Shown here: positions 48,306-57,966 of the stretch, piece after piece
Layout: each line of letters begins with the position of its first letter
How positions within the stretch are numbered: the stretch's first letter is position 1
IMG/VR virus record: IMGVR_UViG_3300021197_001489
Location: 124,001 to 188,000 of that record
Length of the DNA: 64,000 bases
Strand: one strand, 5' to 3'
The notes under the pieces: model-generated
What the model was told of the DNA's origin: nothing
Seen by the model: only the letters and a program-made list of their open reading frames with translations
Database searches by the model: none
Program-made: the position numbers and the translations under genes

Positions 48306-48509
48306 TTATACTCCTTGCGTATTAAGTTTTACACATGCAGTCTTTACAAACTGATATTCACCAGCATATTTGGCTTTAATTTTCTTTTGTGCAAGTAAAC
48401 AACTTGCCTTGGTTGGCATGTTACGTTCCCACATTAGGTTAAAGTCTTTTGTAGCTCCAAGTTCTGCTACATTTACTAGCGATACTAACAAAATAAATTT
48501 GGTAATCAT
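48306..48509 (-). CDS. Small hypothetical protein, possible signal peptide
   Basis: Hydrophobic N-terminus and two cysteines. Confidence 0.5.
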   Translation of the reverse strand: MITKFILLVSLVNVAELGATKDFNLMWERNMPTKASCLLAQKKIKAKYAGEYQFVKTACVKLNTQGV

Positions 48510-48835
48510 GAGTATTGTGCCTCCTGTTGTATGCTAATCATAGCACAAGCCGCTTCCAGCTCTGCTTCTAGTTCTTCCTTTGTCCAAACACTAAGACGCA
48601 AATTGCGAGCATATCCCTTGCTGTATGCATCTGCTACTGCGTAGTATACACTCTCTTCGAGCTCAATACGCTCATACTCAGCAAGTGTACCTGTAGGCAC
48701 ACGCTCTGCCCAATACGCAAGCTCTGTTGCTTCAGGCATCTTACCCATAAAGCAACCTTCCTGCTTGCTGAACTCTTCAGCCTCTGCACGTTGAGCGTTA
48801 ATCAAATCTACCAAACCTTGATCCAACTTGTACAT
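48506..48835 (-). CDS. Hypothetical early protein
   Basis: First gene behind a sigma70 promoter with an AAGGAG RBS. Confidence 0.65.
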   Translation of the reverse strand: MYKLDQGLVDLINAQRAEAEEFSKQEGCFMGKMPEATELAYWAERVPTGTLAEYERIELEESVYYAVADAYSKGYARNLRLSVWTKEELEAELEAACAMISIQQEAQYS

Positions 48836-48867
48836 TTTGCCTACTCCTTGTTTCTAACTGTACATAC

Positions 48868-48895
48868 AGTATAACACATATATACCAAAGGTCAA
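48868..48895 (-). promoter_or_regulatory. Sigma70-type promoter (leftward)
   Basis: TTGACC-16 nt-TATACT with TG extension. Confidence 0.7.
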
Positions 48896-48928
48896 CCTTT
48901 TTATTGTCTTAGAGCAAATAATTTCCGG

Positions 48929-48956
48929 TTGACGTACACTGTAGATATGTTATAAT
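48929..48956 (+). promoter_or_regulatory. Sigma70-type promoter (rightward)
   Basis: TTGACG-16 nt-TATAAT with TG extension. Confidence 0.75.
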
Positions 48957-48987
48957 GGTATATAAGTTAGAAATTTAGGAGCAGCAA

Positions 48988-50250
48988 ATGGCACTAACAG
49001 CACTTCGCGGTAAGAAAATAGCCCGTAAGAAAGCACCAGCAGCAAGACGTCAGCGCGGCAAAACAGCAGATCCTAGTTGGGACAATGCGCTTAAGATGAG
49101 TGGTGAAGCATATCACAAGTACAAGCGCAAGCAAATTGACTTTTACTACGGCGACAAGAAGTCAGTTGAGCTAATGCCAGATCTTCTTGCATGGATGAAA
49201 GAGGCTGAATACAACAAAGGCGATATTGCTTTGGTCAAGAAGCATGGGCACTCTGGAATGATATATGCTGGTATCTATGCACGTTGTTTACGCAATGGCA
49301 TGCCTGACCTGCATCCTGATCACAATGCATACTGGCAAACATTACCAGGCACAAGCGGTGACGTACAACCTACTAGCGACTTTATCCGACGCAAAATCAA
49401 TGAAGCTATTGCTAAAACTGAACCAGACGTTGAACTTGTCGTAGACAATGACAAGACAGACGTTGTGCGCAGAACCATTCAAGAAAATATGCGTGACAAA
49501 ACCATGCTGATTGGTGGACTGTGTGATGAAGTTATGGATGAGTTTGTTAATGGTGGCTACAAAGACCCAGACAAGTTCTCTATTATGAATACGTTGCGCA
49601 ACGAAGGCTGCCCTCCACAAACAGTTGACATGATTGCAACTCCGTTTAAGAACCAACTCAGTGAAATTGCTGAATTGATGAATGGTCACAGCAAAAAAGA
49701 GCTTGCTAAAATGGGTGAGCATGAGCAAGAAATGGTATTGCAACTTGTTGAAGGGTACGCACATCTTGGCAAACTGCAAATCAGGGCTTTACATAAGTTT
49801 CTCGAACGTGCAGTTGCAGATTGTGCTAGTTATGTGCAGGTTAAAAAAGTAGAACGCAAGCCACGTGCAGTTAAAACAAAAACACCAGCACAGTTGGTTC
49901 GCAAATTTAAATATCTCAAGGAGTTTGCAGAGCTAGGACTTACTAGTATATCTCCAGAAAAGTTAGTTGAAGGTAGCGAGGCTTGGCTGTATAACACAAA
50001 GACACGCAAACTAATCTACGTAGTTGCTGATGAAATGCTTAAAACCTACAATGTTAAAAGCAACAGTGTGATTGGTTTCGATCCTAACAAGAGTGTTATG
50101 AAAACACTACGCAAACCAGCAGAGCAGCTTAAAGCACTAATAGCTGGAGGCAAACCAGCCAATAGAAAGTTCTTTCAAGATATCAAAGCCACCGAGGTCA
50201 AGTATAACGGGCGCGGGAACGAACACGTGGTATTGCTTAAGGCTTGGTGA
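48988..50250 (+). CDS. Hypothetical protein, early promoter
   Basis: 420 aa; basic N-terminus; C-terminal 'AWLYNTKTRKL...KTLRKP...GR.NEHVVLLK' resembles a conserved T4-like phage protein of unknown function. Confidence 0.7.
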   Translation: MALTALRGKKIARKKAPAARRQRGKTADPSWDNALKMSGEAYHKYKRKQIDFYYGDKKSVELMPDLLAWMKEAEYNKGDIALVKKHGHSGMIYAGIYARCLRNGMPDLHPDHNAYWQTLPGTSGDVQPTSDFIRRKINEAIAKTEPDVELVVDNDKTDVVRRTIQENMRDKTMLIGGLCDEVMDEFVNGGYKDPDKFSIMNTLRNEGCPPQTVDMIATPFKNQLSEIAELMNGHSKKELAKMGEHEQEMVLQLVEGYAHLGKLQIRALHKFLERAVADCASYVQVKKVERKPRAVKTKTPAQLVRKFKYLKEFAELGLTSISPEKLVEGSEAWLYNTKTRKLIYVVADEMLKTYNVKSNSVIGFDPNKSVMKTLRKPAEQLKALIAGGKPANRKFFQDIKATEVKYNGRGNEHVVLLKAW

Positions 50251-50281
50251 TAATGCTAAATACTGCATAAGGACAGTATAA

Positions 50282-51055
50282 ATGGCAACAGAAACACTTG
50301 ATCAAACCCTAGAAACACTCAAACAGGAAGCTATCGATTTTGTAAAGTTACAACTTGGCGACGGCATCATTGACTTGGAATTGGATGCAGATCATTACGA
50401 AGGTGCATATCAAAGAGCTTTAGGCACATATCGCCAACGAGCAGAGAATGCATTTGAAGAGAGTTACACTTTTCTAAAATTGCAAGACAATGTAAACATT
50501 TATACATTGCCCAACGAAATACAAACAGTTAGACAGGTATTTAGACGCACTATTGGATGGGATAACGGCGGCGAAGGCAGCGCATTTGAACCATTTAGCG
50601 CAGCCGCGCTTAACACATACCTTTTGAACGGTAATCAAATGGGCGGCCTTGCAACATATGACTTTTATTCACAGTATGTTGAACTAACTGCTAAGATGTT
50701 TGGTGGATTCCTAAACTACAATTACAACACTGCAAGCAAACAGCTTACATTGATGCGCGACATCAAAGGATCAGGTGAGATTGTGTTACTTTGGTGCTAC
50801 AATCTTCGTCCAGAAGCACAACTGCTTAGTGATTTTTCAACATCACAGTGGATGAAAGACTACATGGTTGGCAACTGTAAACTGATCATTGGCGAAGCTC
50901 GTGAAAAGTTTGCCACTATTGCCGGTCCACAAGGCGGCACTGCTCTCAATGGTGCACAAATGAAAGCAGAAGGCAACGCTATTATGGATGCTAAAATTGA
51001 AGAGCTGAAAAACTATGTAGATGGAAGCCAGCCACTTACCTGGGTTATTGGTTAA
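50282..51055 (+). CDS. gp13: Neck protein (T4 gp13-like)
   Basis: 'LQLGDGIIDLELD', 'WMKDY...LIIGEAREKF...GPQGGTALNG'; CTAAATA at 50256-50262. Confidence 0.85.
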   Translation: MATETLDQTLETLKQEAIDFVKLQLGDGIIDLELDADHYEGAYQRALGTYRQRAENAFEESYTFLKLQDNVNIYTLPNEIQTVRQVFRRTIGWDNGGEGSAFEPFSAAALNTYLLNGNQMGGLATYDFYSQYVELTAKMFGGFLNYNYNTASKQLTLMRDIKGSGEIVLLWCYNLRPEAQLLSDFSTSQWMKDYMVGNCKLIIGEAREKFATIAGPQGGTALNGAQMKAEGNAIMDAKIEELKNYVDGSQPLTWVIG

Positions 51056-51432
51056 TGAGAGCATACGAAATCATCACTGAACATGAAATGGTGTTTAGTA
51101 GAGCAGGCAACAAACTAAAAACAAAATGGCGTTGCACCACTGGCGCAAGAAGCGGCCGTGTTGTTGGCAATGCCAAGGATTGCGACAAGCCAATCGATCA
51201 AAAGAAACGAGCGCAAATGAAAGTGACTCGCAAAACCAAAGCCAAGCAAGCAGCTCGCAAATCAGCCAAGACCAAAAGAGTAAATCCAGCAAGCAAGTTG
51301 TTGGGCATGCTTAACAAGATGCGCAAAGCATCAGTTACCAGTGGCGGCAAAAAGAAAACAGCCTACAAGCAGCCAAAGAGCAGTCTCAAAGGCACAATCA
51401 AGCCAAGAAAAACAGTAAAGACCCGAAAGTAA
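51055..51432 (+). CDS. Small highly basic (Lys/Arg-rich) protein
   Basis: Very rich in Lys and Arg; translationally coupled to the neck gene (TAATG). Confidence 0.7.
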   Translation: MRAYEIITEHEMVFSRAGNKLKTKWRCTTGARSGRVVGNAKDCDKPIDQKKRAQMKVTRKTKAKQAARKSAKTKRVNPASKLLGMLNKMRKASVTSGGKKKTAYKQPKSSLKGTIKPRKTVKTRK

Positions 51433-51453
51433 TCACTAACTCAGAGGCAATCC

Positions 51454-52278
51454 ATGCTGATAAATGATTTAGAATACTATACCCGCAAATCCAATTATGT
51501 AAATCAGTATAGCGGTATGGATGATCCACAACATCATGACCGTGATTTTTATGATTATCCAATTCAAGATTTTGATTATCAATTTAACAGTTGGGGCTTT
51601 AGAGGACCTGAGTATGAACAGTACCGTGATAAGCCTGTTAATATTTGCGTAGGTGATAGTTTTACAGTTAACCTTGGCGGTCCAGTTGAACACAGTTGGT
51701 GTAGTCAGTTAGCGGCGCATTTTTCAATCCCAACTCTAAACTTAGGGATGGATGGTGCTGGTAACGATGCGCTGCATTTAGTACATAGTCGGGCTTGCGA
51801 ATTATTTGATGTACAAAATACCTTTGTTATGTATTCTTATCTACATCGCAGACTAAAGGACGGTGTGTTTGCACAACATGTAGATGGGGACGAAGAAAAT
51901 TTTTCTTACTTCTTACAACATCGACTGAACAATGCAATTGAATGTGCATTACCAATGTGGAACTGGACTGAAAGTGAAAAAACATTTTTACATGATCAAA
52001 ACGTTTACTTTTTCGATACCAAGATGTACTTTGCTGACTACCAACACATAGATAGAAAGCACATTGTCAAGCAAGACTACAACAATCTAAAAGGTCCTGA
52101 TTGGCCTACATTGGAAGATTTTCAAAACGGAGCAGATCCGCATAGCGATATGTTCACTAAGCAATTTGGTCAATTTATATCTCACAGTTGTCATATGAAC
52201 CGTGATGGTCACCACAACAGCTTTGCTATCAACAAGCAGTATGCTGACTGGCTGTACAAAGAATCAAATAAAGGTTGA
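51454..52278 (+). CDS. SGNH/GDSL hydrolase-like protein
   Basis: Block I 'CVGDSFT', block II 'NLGMDGAGND', block V 'RDGHH'. Confidence 0.65.
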   Translation: MLINDLEYYTRKSNYVNQYSGMDDPQHHDRDFYDYPIQDFDYQFNSWGFRGPEYEQYRDKPVNICVGDSFTVNLGGPVEHSWCSQLAAHFSIPTLNLGMDGAGNDALHLVHSRACELFDVQNTFVMYSYLHRRLKDGVFAQHVDGDEENFSYFLQHRLNNAIECALPMWNWTESEKTFLHDQNVYFFDTKMYFADYQHIDRKHIVKQDYNNLKGPDWPTLEDFQNGADPHSDMFTKQFGQFISHSCHMNRDGHHNSFAINKQYADWLYKESNKG

Positions 52279-52302
52279 CAACAATTGTTATTCTGTTAAA
52301 CT
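52275..52302 (+). promoter_or_regulatory. Sigma70-type promoter
   Basis: TTGACA-16 nt-TAAACT with TG extension. Confidence 0.6.
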
Positions 52303-52308
52303 AAAAGC

Positions 52309-52833
52309 ATGACAGATATTATGATTGACTTGGAAACTGTGAGTACAACGCCTAATGCTTGTATCCTCACCATCGCCGCCCAGACTTTTGATCCAACTGG
52401 CTCTGGGTACCTTCCACAAGACTACTATGCTCGTGTTGACATTGATAGCCAACCCAATCGAGATGTTGATGATGCCACTGTTGAGTGGTGGGCTTCACAA
52501 CCAGCCGAAGCACAAGCTGAAGCATTTGGCGAAGACGGCCGCATCCCACTTAGACAAGCACTAGAGGAGCTGGGCAAACTGTGTTTCCACTGTGATCTTA
52601 TCTGGGCAAATGGTACAACATTTGACATGGTTATACTTGAAAATGCATACAAGCAAGAAGGCATCCCAGTACCATGGCAGTTTTGGCGTGTGCGTGATGC
52701 AAGAACGGTATATAGTTTGTATCCTGACTTGCCTAAACCAAAAGCTAGTCACCATGCATTAGAAGATTGCAAACGGCAAATTGATCTTTTGCAGCAAACA
52801 TTACAGCACCTTGGAGTAGTAAAATTACGATGA
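52309..52833 (+). CDS. DEDDh 3'-5' exonuclease (RNase AS/DUF5051-like)
   Basis: 'IMIDLET', 'WANGTTFDMVIL', 'HHALEDCKRQ'. Confidence 0.85.
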   Translation: MTDIMIDLETVSTTPNACILTIAAQTFDPTGSGYLPQDYYARVDIDSQPNRDVDDATVEWWASQPAEAQAEAFGEDGRIPLRQALEELGKLCFHCDLIWANGTTFDMVILENAYKQEGIPVPWQFWRVRDARTVYSLYPDLPKPKASHHALEDCKRQIDLLQQTLQHLGVVKLR

Positions 52834-52845
52834 TGCATATACCAA

Positions 52846-53559
52846 ATGCTTAAAATGCTACGCTGGGTAGGCGGCTATGGCGGCGATACAATCCTTTCTT
52901 CATTATTATCGGTTAATACAGATGTGTTGTCTAATATTGATTGTGTAAAAATAGCAAACAACGGGCAATCGATTGTAGAGCCTAACAGAGAACATATTCT
53001 ATTTGATTTAACACAGTCACACAGAGTACCAATTCCAGCTGACATTGCTTTATTAGAAGAAAAAATTGAAACAACAATCAATGATACTCAAACTCATCTT
53101 ATAAAAAATCATTATTATCTGCCTTTCTTGGACAAGTATAGCGATCATATGGTTGATATTGTTAGTACAAACAATTTTTTAAGTTTTACAACTGGTGCAA
53201 ATTTTTACAAGAATTATAAATGGTCTTCAAAATTTCTAAGAGACACAGACAACATTTATAAAATTTTAGAGCAGAAAGATAAAGTTGAAGCTGACAATTA
53301 TATGATATGGCAGCTTGCAGTATCTCACTACAAGCTCAATTGTAAAAGGCATAAATCAAAAAACAAAATTGTACTAGACAAATGGATCAACTCGCAATAT
53401 AATAATATACTAGGGTATGATTTTGATCGCAGCATGCGGGATCATTGGATAGAAAAAAATCAGTACTTACTAAACAAAAGTAATTCCAACATTGAAAAAA
53501 TTTGTGAGTTAGTAAAGCAACAAATTCCGTATAATGAAATAAGAAAGCAGTTAATATGA
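52846..53559 (+). CDS. Hypothetical protein (AT-rich)
   Basis: 237-aa ORF filling the gap; no recognisable motif. Confidence 0.6.
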   Translation: MLKMLRWVGGYGGDTILSSLLSVNTDVLSNIDCVKIANNGQSIVEPNREHILFDLTQSHRVPIPADIALLEEKIETTINDTQTHLIKNHYYLPFLDKYSDHMVDIVSTNNFLSFTTGANFYKNYKWSSKFLRDTDNIYKILEQKDKVEADNYMIWQLAVSHYKLNCKRHKSKNKIVLDKWINSQYNNILGYDFDRSMRDHWIEKNQYLLNKSNSNIEKICELVKQQIPYNEIRKQLI

Positions 53560-54173
53560 TTATCGGACTATGCGGATTAATTGGTGCCGGAAAAGGAACA
53601 GTAAGCGATATCCTGGTTGAACAAGGATTTACCAAAGTAAGTTTTGCTGACAAACTCAAGGATGGCGTTGCTGATATTTTTGGGTGGGATAGAGCGTTAC
53701 TAGAAGGAGACACTGATGAGTCAAGACAATGGCGAGAGCAAAGAGACGACTTTTGGAGTGCTGAAACGGAAATGGAAATCACTCCTCGTTTGGTGCTTCA
53801 GTTATTTGGTACTGATTGCATGCGTAATGGCTTCTATGAAGGCATCTGGGTAAGCACACTGAAGAAAAGAATCATAGACCATCCTGGAGACTATGTGATT
53901 CCTGATGTCCGGTTCCGCAATGAACAAAACATGATTCGTGAACTTGGTGGACAAATTTGGCGTGTACAACGTGGTGACATTCCTGAGTGGTATGGTTGTG
54001 CTATGTTAGACAATACTACTGGCAGCACTCTAATGGAAGCATATGATGTACACTCAAGCGAATATAAATGGATAGACATGAACAATAAATTTGATGCTAC
54101 GTTTTACAACGAAAACACTATTGAAGATCTAAAAAATCTAGTCCTCGCTGAGATCGCCAACTTGCCACGGTAA
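53556..54173 (+). CDS. gp1: Deoxynucleoside monophosphate kinase (T4 gp1-like)
   Basis: 'IIGLCGLIGAGKGT', 'FADKLKD', 'TPRLVLQLFGT', 'VIPDVRFRNE'. Confidence 0.9.
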   Translation: MIIGLCGLIGAGKGTVSDILVEQGFTKVSFADKLKDGVADIFGWDRALLEGDTDESRQWREQRDDFWSAETEMEITPRLVLQLFGTDCMRNGFYEGIWVSTLKKRIIDHPGDYVIPDVRFRNEQNMIRELGGQIWRVQRGDIPEWYGCAMLDNTTGSTLMEAYDVHSSEYKWIDMNNKFDATFYNENTIEDLKNLVLAEIANLPR

Positions 54174-54482
54174 ATCCAATCTGGTAATTTCTACAGTACA
54201 GTTCAAACACACATTTCTCAAATTAGTAAGATTGCTATTATTGAGATTTCCGTCCAAGTGATATACCAATATCTGTGCGCCACTCACTGCTCTAAACCCG
54301 CACCTATCACATTCTAGTTTTTTCTTAAATCCGCTTTGTTGCCATCTTGGTTTTGGTACTCGCATCTTCCTATTTTTTCGTTCACAACTGTCGCAGCGTT
54401 TGCGATAGTGTGTTCTATTGCCTTTTCGATAGTTTATAGCGGCAAGTTTACGGTTACATGCGGTGCATAGAGGGCGATCCAT
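54138..54482 (-). CDS. Zn-finger/HNH-like protein
   Basis: CxxC pairs plus 'VYHLDGNLNN...NL..VCLNC'; ATAAATA on minus strand at 54488-54494; likely ATG at 54482. Confidence 0.7.
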   Translation of the reverse strand: MDRPLCTACNRKLAAINYRKGNRTHYRKRCDSCERKNRKMRVPKPRWQQSGFKKKLECDRCGFRAVSGAQILVYHLDGNLNNSNLTNLRNVCLNCTVEITRLDLPWQVGDLSED

Positions 54483-54588
54483 GGCGATATTTATCTTAAA
54501 ACCTTTGCAAAGGGCAGCTTTAACCACCGGATTTTATAGATTTTAATAAATATCGTTAGAGAATAATTTTTATAAAGGAAGAGAAAAC

Positions 54589-57500
54589 ATGGCACTAACA
54601 TCCCCAGGCGTAGAAGTTACCATAATTGACGAAAGTAACTATCTACCAGCCCCAACTAATTCAGTTCCGTTTATCCTTGTTGCAACTGCACAAAACAAGG
54701 TCAGTGGAGCAGGTGTCGGCGTAGCTGCTGGCACAACAGCAGCCAATGCAAACAAGCCTTACTTGATCACATCACAAAGAGATCTGGCAGCAACATTTGG
54801 CACACCGTTCTTCTACAGCACCAGTGCTGGTACAAGCATCAACGGTTACGAGCTTAACGAATACGGATTGCTTGCTGCATACTCAGTATTGGGTATTAGC
54901 AATAGAGCATACATTCAGAGAGCCGACATTGACCTCAGTGAGCTAACAGCTTCTTTGCAGCGTCCTAAGGGCGATCCTGCTAACGGAGCATACTGGTTAG
55001 ACACTGGTTTAACAACCTGGGGCACTTTTGAGTGGAGTGCTGTTACTGAAACATTTGCAGCTAAAACTCCACTTGCTATCACTAACACAAGTGACCTAGA
55101 TGGTGGCGTGCCTAAAACTTCAATTGGTAGTATTGGCGACTATGCAGTAGTTACAACCAATTTAAACAATCCAGTGTACTATAAGACACCAGGAAACACA
55201 GCAGCCAGTGTTACAGCTAACACTTGGGTATTAGTAGGCAGTGACGAATGGAAAAATTCATGGCCAACAGTGACTAGTACAGTAAGTAACCCAACATTGA
55301 CTAGCGGTAACAGTATCATATTAAACGATATTACAGTTACACTGGCAGGAACAACAATAACAGCTATGGCTTCTGATATTAACAGTGCCTCTGTCCCAGG
55401 CGTAGTTGCTACTGTTTCGAATGGCAAGTTAAACATCTTTGTTGACAGTGCTGGATCAAACGATGGTTCAACTGATGACGGCAATGGTATTATGATGGTT
55501 GAAAATGGTAACAATGCTACACTGCTCACTGAGCTAGGCATTACAGCAAGTGATACCAAGCCTTATTTTGCTCCAGTATTGCAGATGTCGGCTAGCTATA
55601 GCAACCCAAGTTGGGCAGCGACAGGCACAGAGCCACATCCAACAGGCAGTGTGTGGGCTAAGACCAACAATGTTAACTCAGGTGCAAACATAGTTGTTAG
55701 CAGCTACGATGCAACAACTGATACTTTTGTAACACAGAATACACCAGTTTACGCAAACGATCAAACAGCATTAAAAAATCTTGATCCAGCAGGCGGCGGA
55801 ACTAACATTGCAGCCGGAGCACTTTATGTACAAAATGACGTAAGCGGCAACGACACTTACACTTACAAGGTGTTTGAAAGATACGCAACCGGTGCAACAT
55901 TGGTCACAGGAACAGATACTGCTCCAGTTTTTGTAAACTCAGAAACATTTACTATTCAAGCAAGTGCAAAAAATAGCACAGTGCTTACAACCGCAGTAAC
56001 AGCACAACTAGGTGGCACTGCTGCCGCAGACTTTGTTGCAGCATTTACCGCAGCAAACGTTGCGAATACTACAGCAAGAGTGCTATCAACTGGTGCAGTT
56101 CAAGTTGAACACACCCAAGGCGGCACTATTGTACTTACAGACACAAGTGGTACGCCAGTAGTAGACGCAGGCATTACAACCGCAGTTACAACTGGTCAAG
56201 TCCGAACCGAAAGTTCCGGTGTACTGTTAAGCAACTGGATTCCACTAGGATTTGGGTTAACACCAGTTTACGTTGCAAAAGATGAAGCACCAAGTACTGA
56301 TCCAGCAGACGGCACAAGATGGTATTACAGTGCAACTGATGAAGTTGATATCTTGATTCAAAGTGGCGGTACTTGGAAAGGTTACCAAAATGTTACTTCA
56401 GACATTAGAGGATTCAACCTTTCAACCACAAATGCTACAGGCCCAATTGTTGCTGCATCTGCGCCAACAACACAGAACGATACTGCTAAGAGTGCATTGG
56501 TGTATGGCGATCTTTGGTTAAGCACAGCAGACTTAGACAACTATCCTATACTTTACAGATGGCAGAGTGTTGATTCAGTGGATCAATGGGTGTTAATTGA
56601 CAATTCAGATCAAACCACACAGAATGGTATACTGTTTGCTGATGTACGTTGGGCCGGCAACGGAACAACTGATCCAATAACAGACACAAAGCCAACCATT
56701 GTTAGTTTGCTAACTAGCAATTATGTTGACTTGGACAAGCCAGATCCTACACTGTATCCAGAAGGCTGTTTAGTTTGGAACATGAGACGTTCGGGCTTTA
56801 ATGTAAAATCTTACGAAGTTGATTATTTTAACGCCTCAGACTTCCCATTCTCTACGTATGGTGCATTGCCTACAGTGAAAGATGCATGGGTAACAGCAAG
56901 CGGATTACAAAGTAACGGTGCTATGTATGCAGGACGCAAAGCTGTAAGAGCAATTGTTGTTGCAGCAATGAAATCCAGTATTGACGGCGCACAGGAACTT
57001 CGTGAAGAGCAAAAGATATACAACTTGATTGCATGTCCAAACTACGAAGAACTTGCAACCAACATGGTAGCACTGAACAACGAGCGAAACAACACAGCAT
57101 TTGTTATCGGCGACACACCACTGCGTCTAGAAGACACTGGCACAGATATTGTTAACTGGGCAACCAATGCTAACGGTGACGGCTTAACGGTAGCAGATCC
57201 ATACTTTGGTGTGTTCTATCCAAGTTGTCAAACAACTGACCTAAGCGGTGCTACAGTAGTTGCTCCACCAAGTCATATGATTTTGAGAACGATAGTGCGT
57301 TCTGATGATGTTGCTTATCCATGGTTAGCACCAGCAGGTACAAGACGTGGTACAGTAGACAACGCAAGCCAGTTAGGTTATATTAACGCACAAACAGGTG
57401 AGTTTGTACAAACAGCAATTCGCCAAGGACTGCGTGATACACTGTATGAGAACAGCATCAACCCAATTACCTTTATCCCAGGTAGTGGCATTCTCAACTA

Positions 57501-57876
57501 CGGTAACAAAACAACATTCACACAGAGTTCACTGGATAGAATTAACGTTGCAAGACTTGTTGCATTCATTCGTGGAAGACTTGAAGTTATCGGCAAGAAC
57601 TTTGTGTTTGAACCAAACGATCAAACAACACGCGATGAAATCAAAAACTCAATTGAGAGCTTGATGATTGATCTTGTAGCAAAGCGCGGACTATATGATT
57701 ACTTGGTAGTATGTGATGAATCAAACAACACACCGGCTAGAATTGATAGAAACGAACTATACGTTGACGTTGCTATTGAGCCAGTGAAAGCTGTTGAATT
57801 CATCTACATTCCAGTCAGGATCAAGAACACAGGTGAAATTGCAGCAGGTAATGTAGCAAGCGCATCCGCAGTTTAA
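54589..57876 (+). CDS. gp18: Tail sheath protein (T4 gp18-like)
   Basis: 'LTSPGVEVTIIDES', 'YPWLAPAGTRRG', 'LDRINVARL', 'FVFEPND'; ATAAATA at 54546-54552. Confidence 0.95.
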   Translation: MALTSPGVEVTIIDESNYLPAPTNSVPFILVATAQNKVSGAGVGVAAGTTAANANKPYLITSQRDLAATFGTPFFYSTSAGTSINGYELNEYGLLAAYSVLGISNRAYIQRADIDLSELTASLQRPKGDPANGAYWLDTGLTTWGTFEWSAVTETFAAKTPLAITNTSDLDGGVPKTSIGSIGDYAVVTTNLNNPVYYKTPGNTAASVTANTWVLVGSDEWKNSWPTVTSTVSNPTLTSGNSIILNDITVTLAGTTITAMASDINSASVPGVVATVSNGKLNIFVDSAGSNDGSTDDGNGIMMVENGNNATLLTELGITASDTKPYFAPVLQMSASYSNPSWAATGTEPHPTGSVWAKTNNVNSGANIVVSSYDATTDTFVTQNTPVYANDQTALKNLDPAGGGTNIAAGALYVQNDVSGNDTYTYKVFERYATGATLVTGTDTAPVFVNSETFTIQASAKNSTVLTTAVTAQLGGTAAADFVAAFTAANVANTTARVLSTGAVQVEHTQGGTIVLTDTSGTPVVDAGITTAVTTGQVRTESSGVLLSNWIPLGFGLTPVYVAKDEAPSTDPADGTRWYYSATDEVDILIQSGGTWKGYQNVTSDIRGFNLSTTNATGPIVAASAPTTQNDTAKSALVYGDLWLSTADLDNYPILYRWQSVDSVDQWVLIDNSDQTTQNGILFADVRWAGNGTTDPITDTKPTIVSLLTSNYVDLDKPDPTLYPEGCLVWNMRRSGFNVKSYEVDYFNASDFPFSTYGALPTVKDAWVTASGLQSNGAMYAGRKAVRAIVVAAMKSSIDGAQELREEQKIYNLIACPNYEELATNMVALNNERNNTAFVIGDTPLRLEDTGTDIVNWATNANGDGLTVADPYFGVFYPSCQTTDLSGATVVAPPSHMILRTIVRSDDVAYPWLAPAGTRRGTVDNASQLGYINAQTGEFVQTAIRQGLRDTLYENSINPITFIPGSGILNYGNKTTFTQSSLDRINVARLVAFIRGRLEVIGKNFVFEPNDQTTRDEIKNSIESLMIDLVAKRGLYDYLVVCDESNNTPARIDRNELYVDVAIEPVKAVEFIYIPVRIKNTGEIAAGNVASASAV

Positions 57877-57894
57877 AGCACACACAACACAGAT

Positions 57895-57920
57895 AAATGA
57901 GGTTTCGGCCTCATTTTTTT
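57895..57920 (+). terminator. Rho-independent terminator
   Basis: AAATGAGGT-TTCG-GCCTCATTT plus T run. Confidence 0.85.
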
Positions 57921-57966
57921 GTGGCTAATTTTAGATAAATAACTATTGTAATAGGAGAATTATAAC

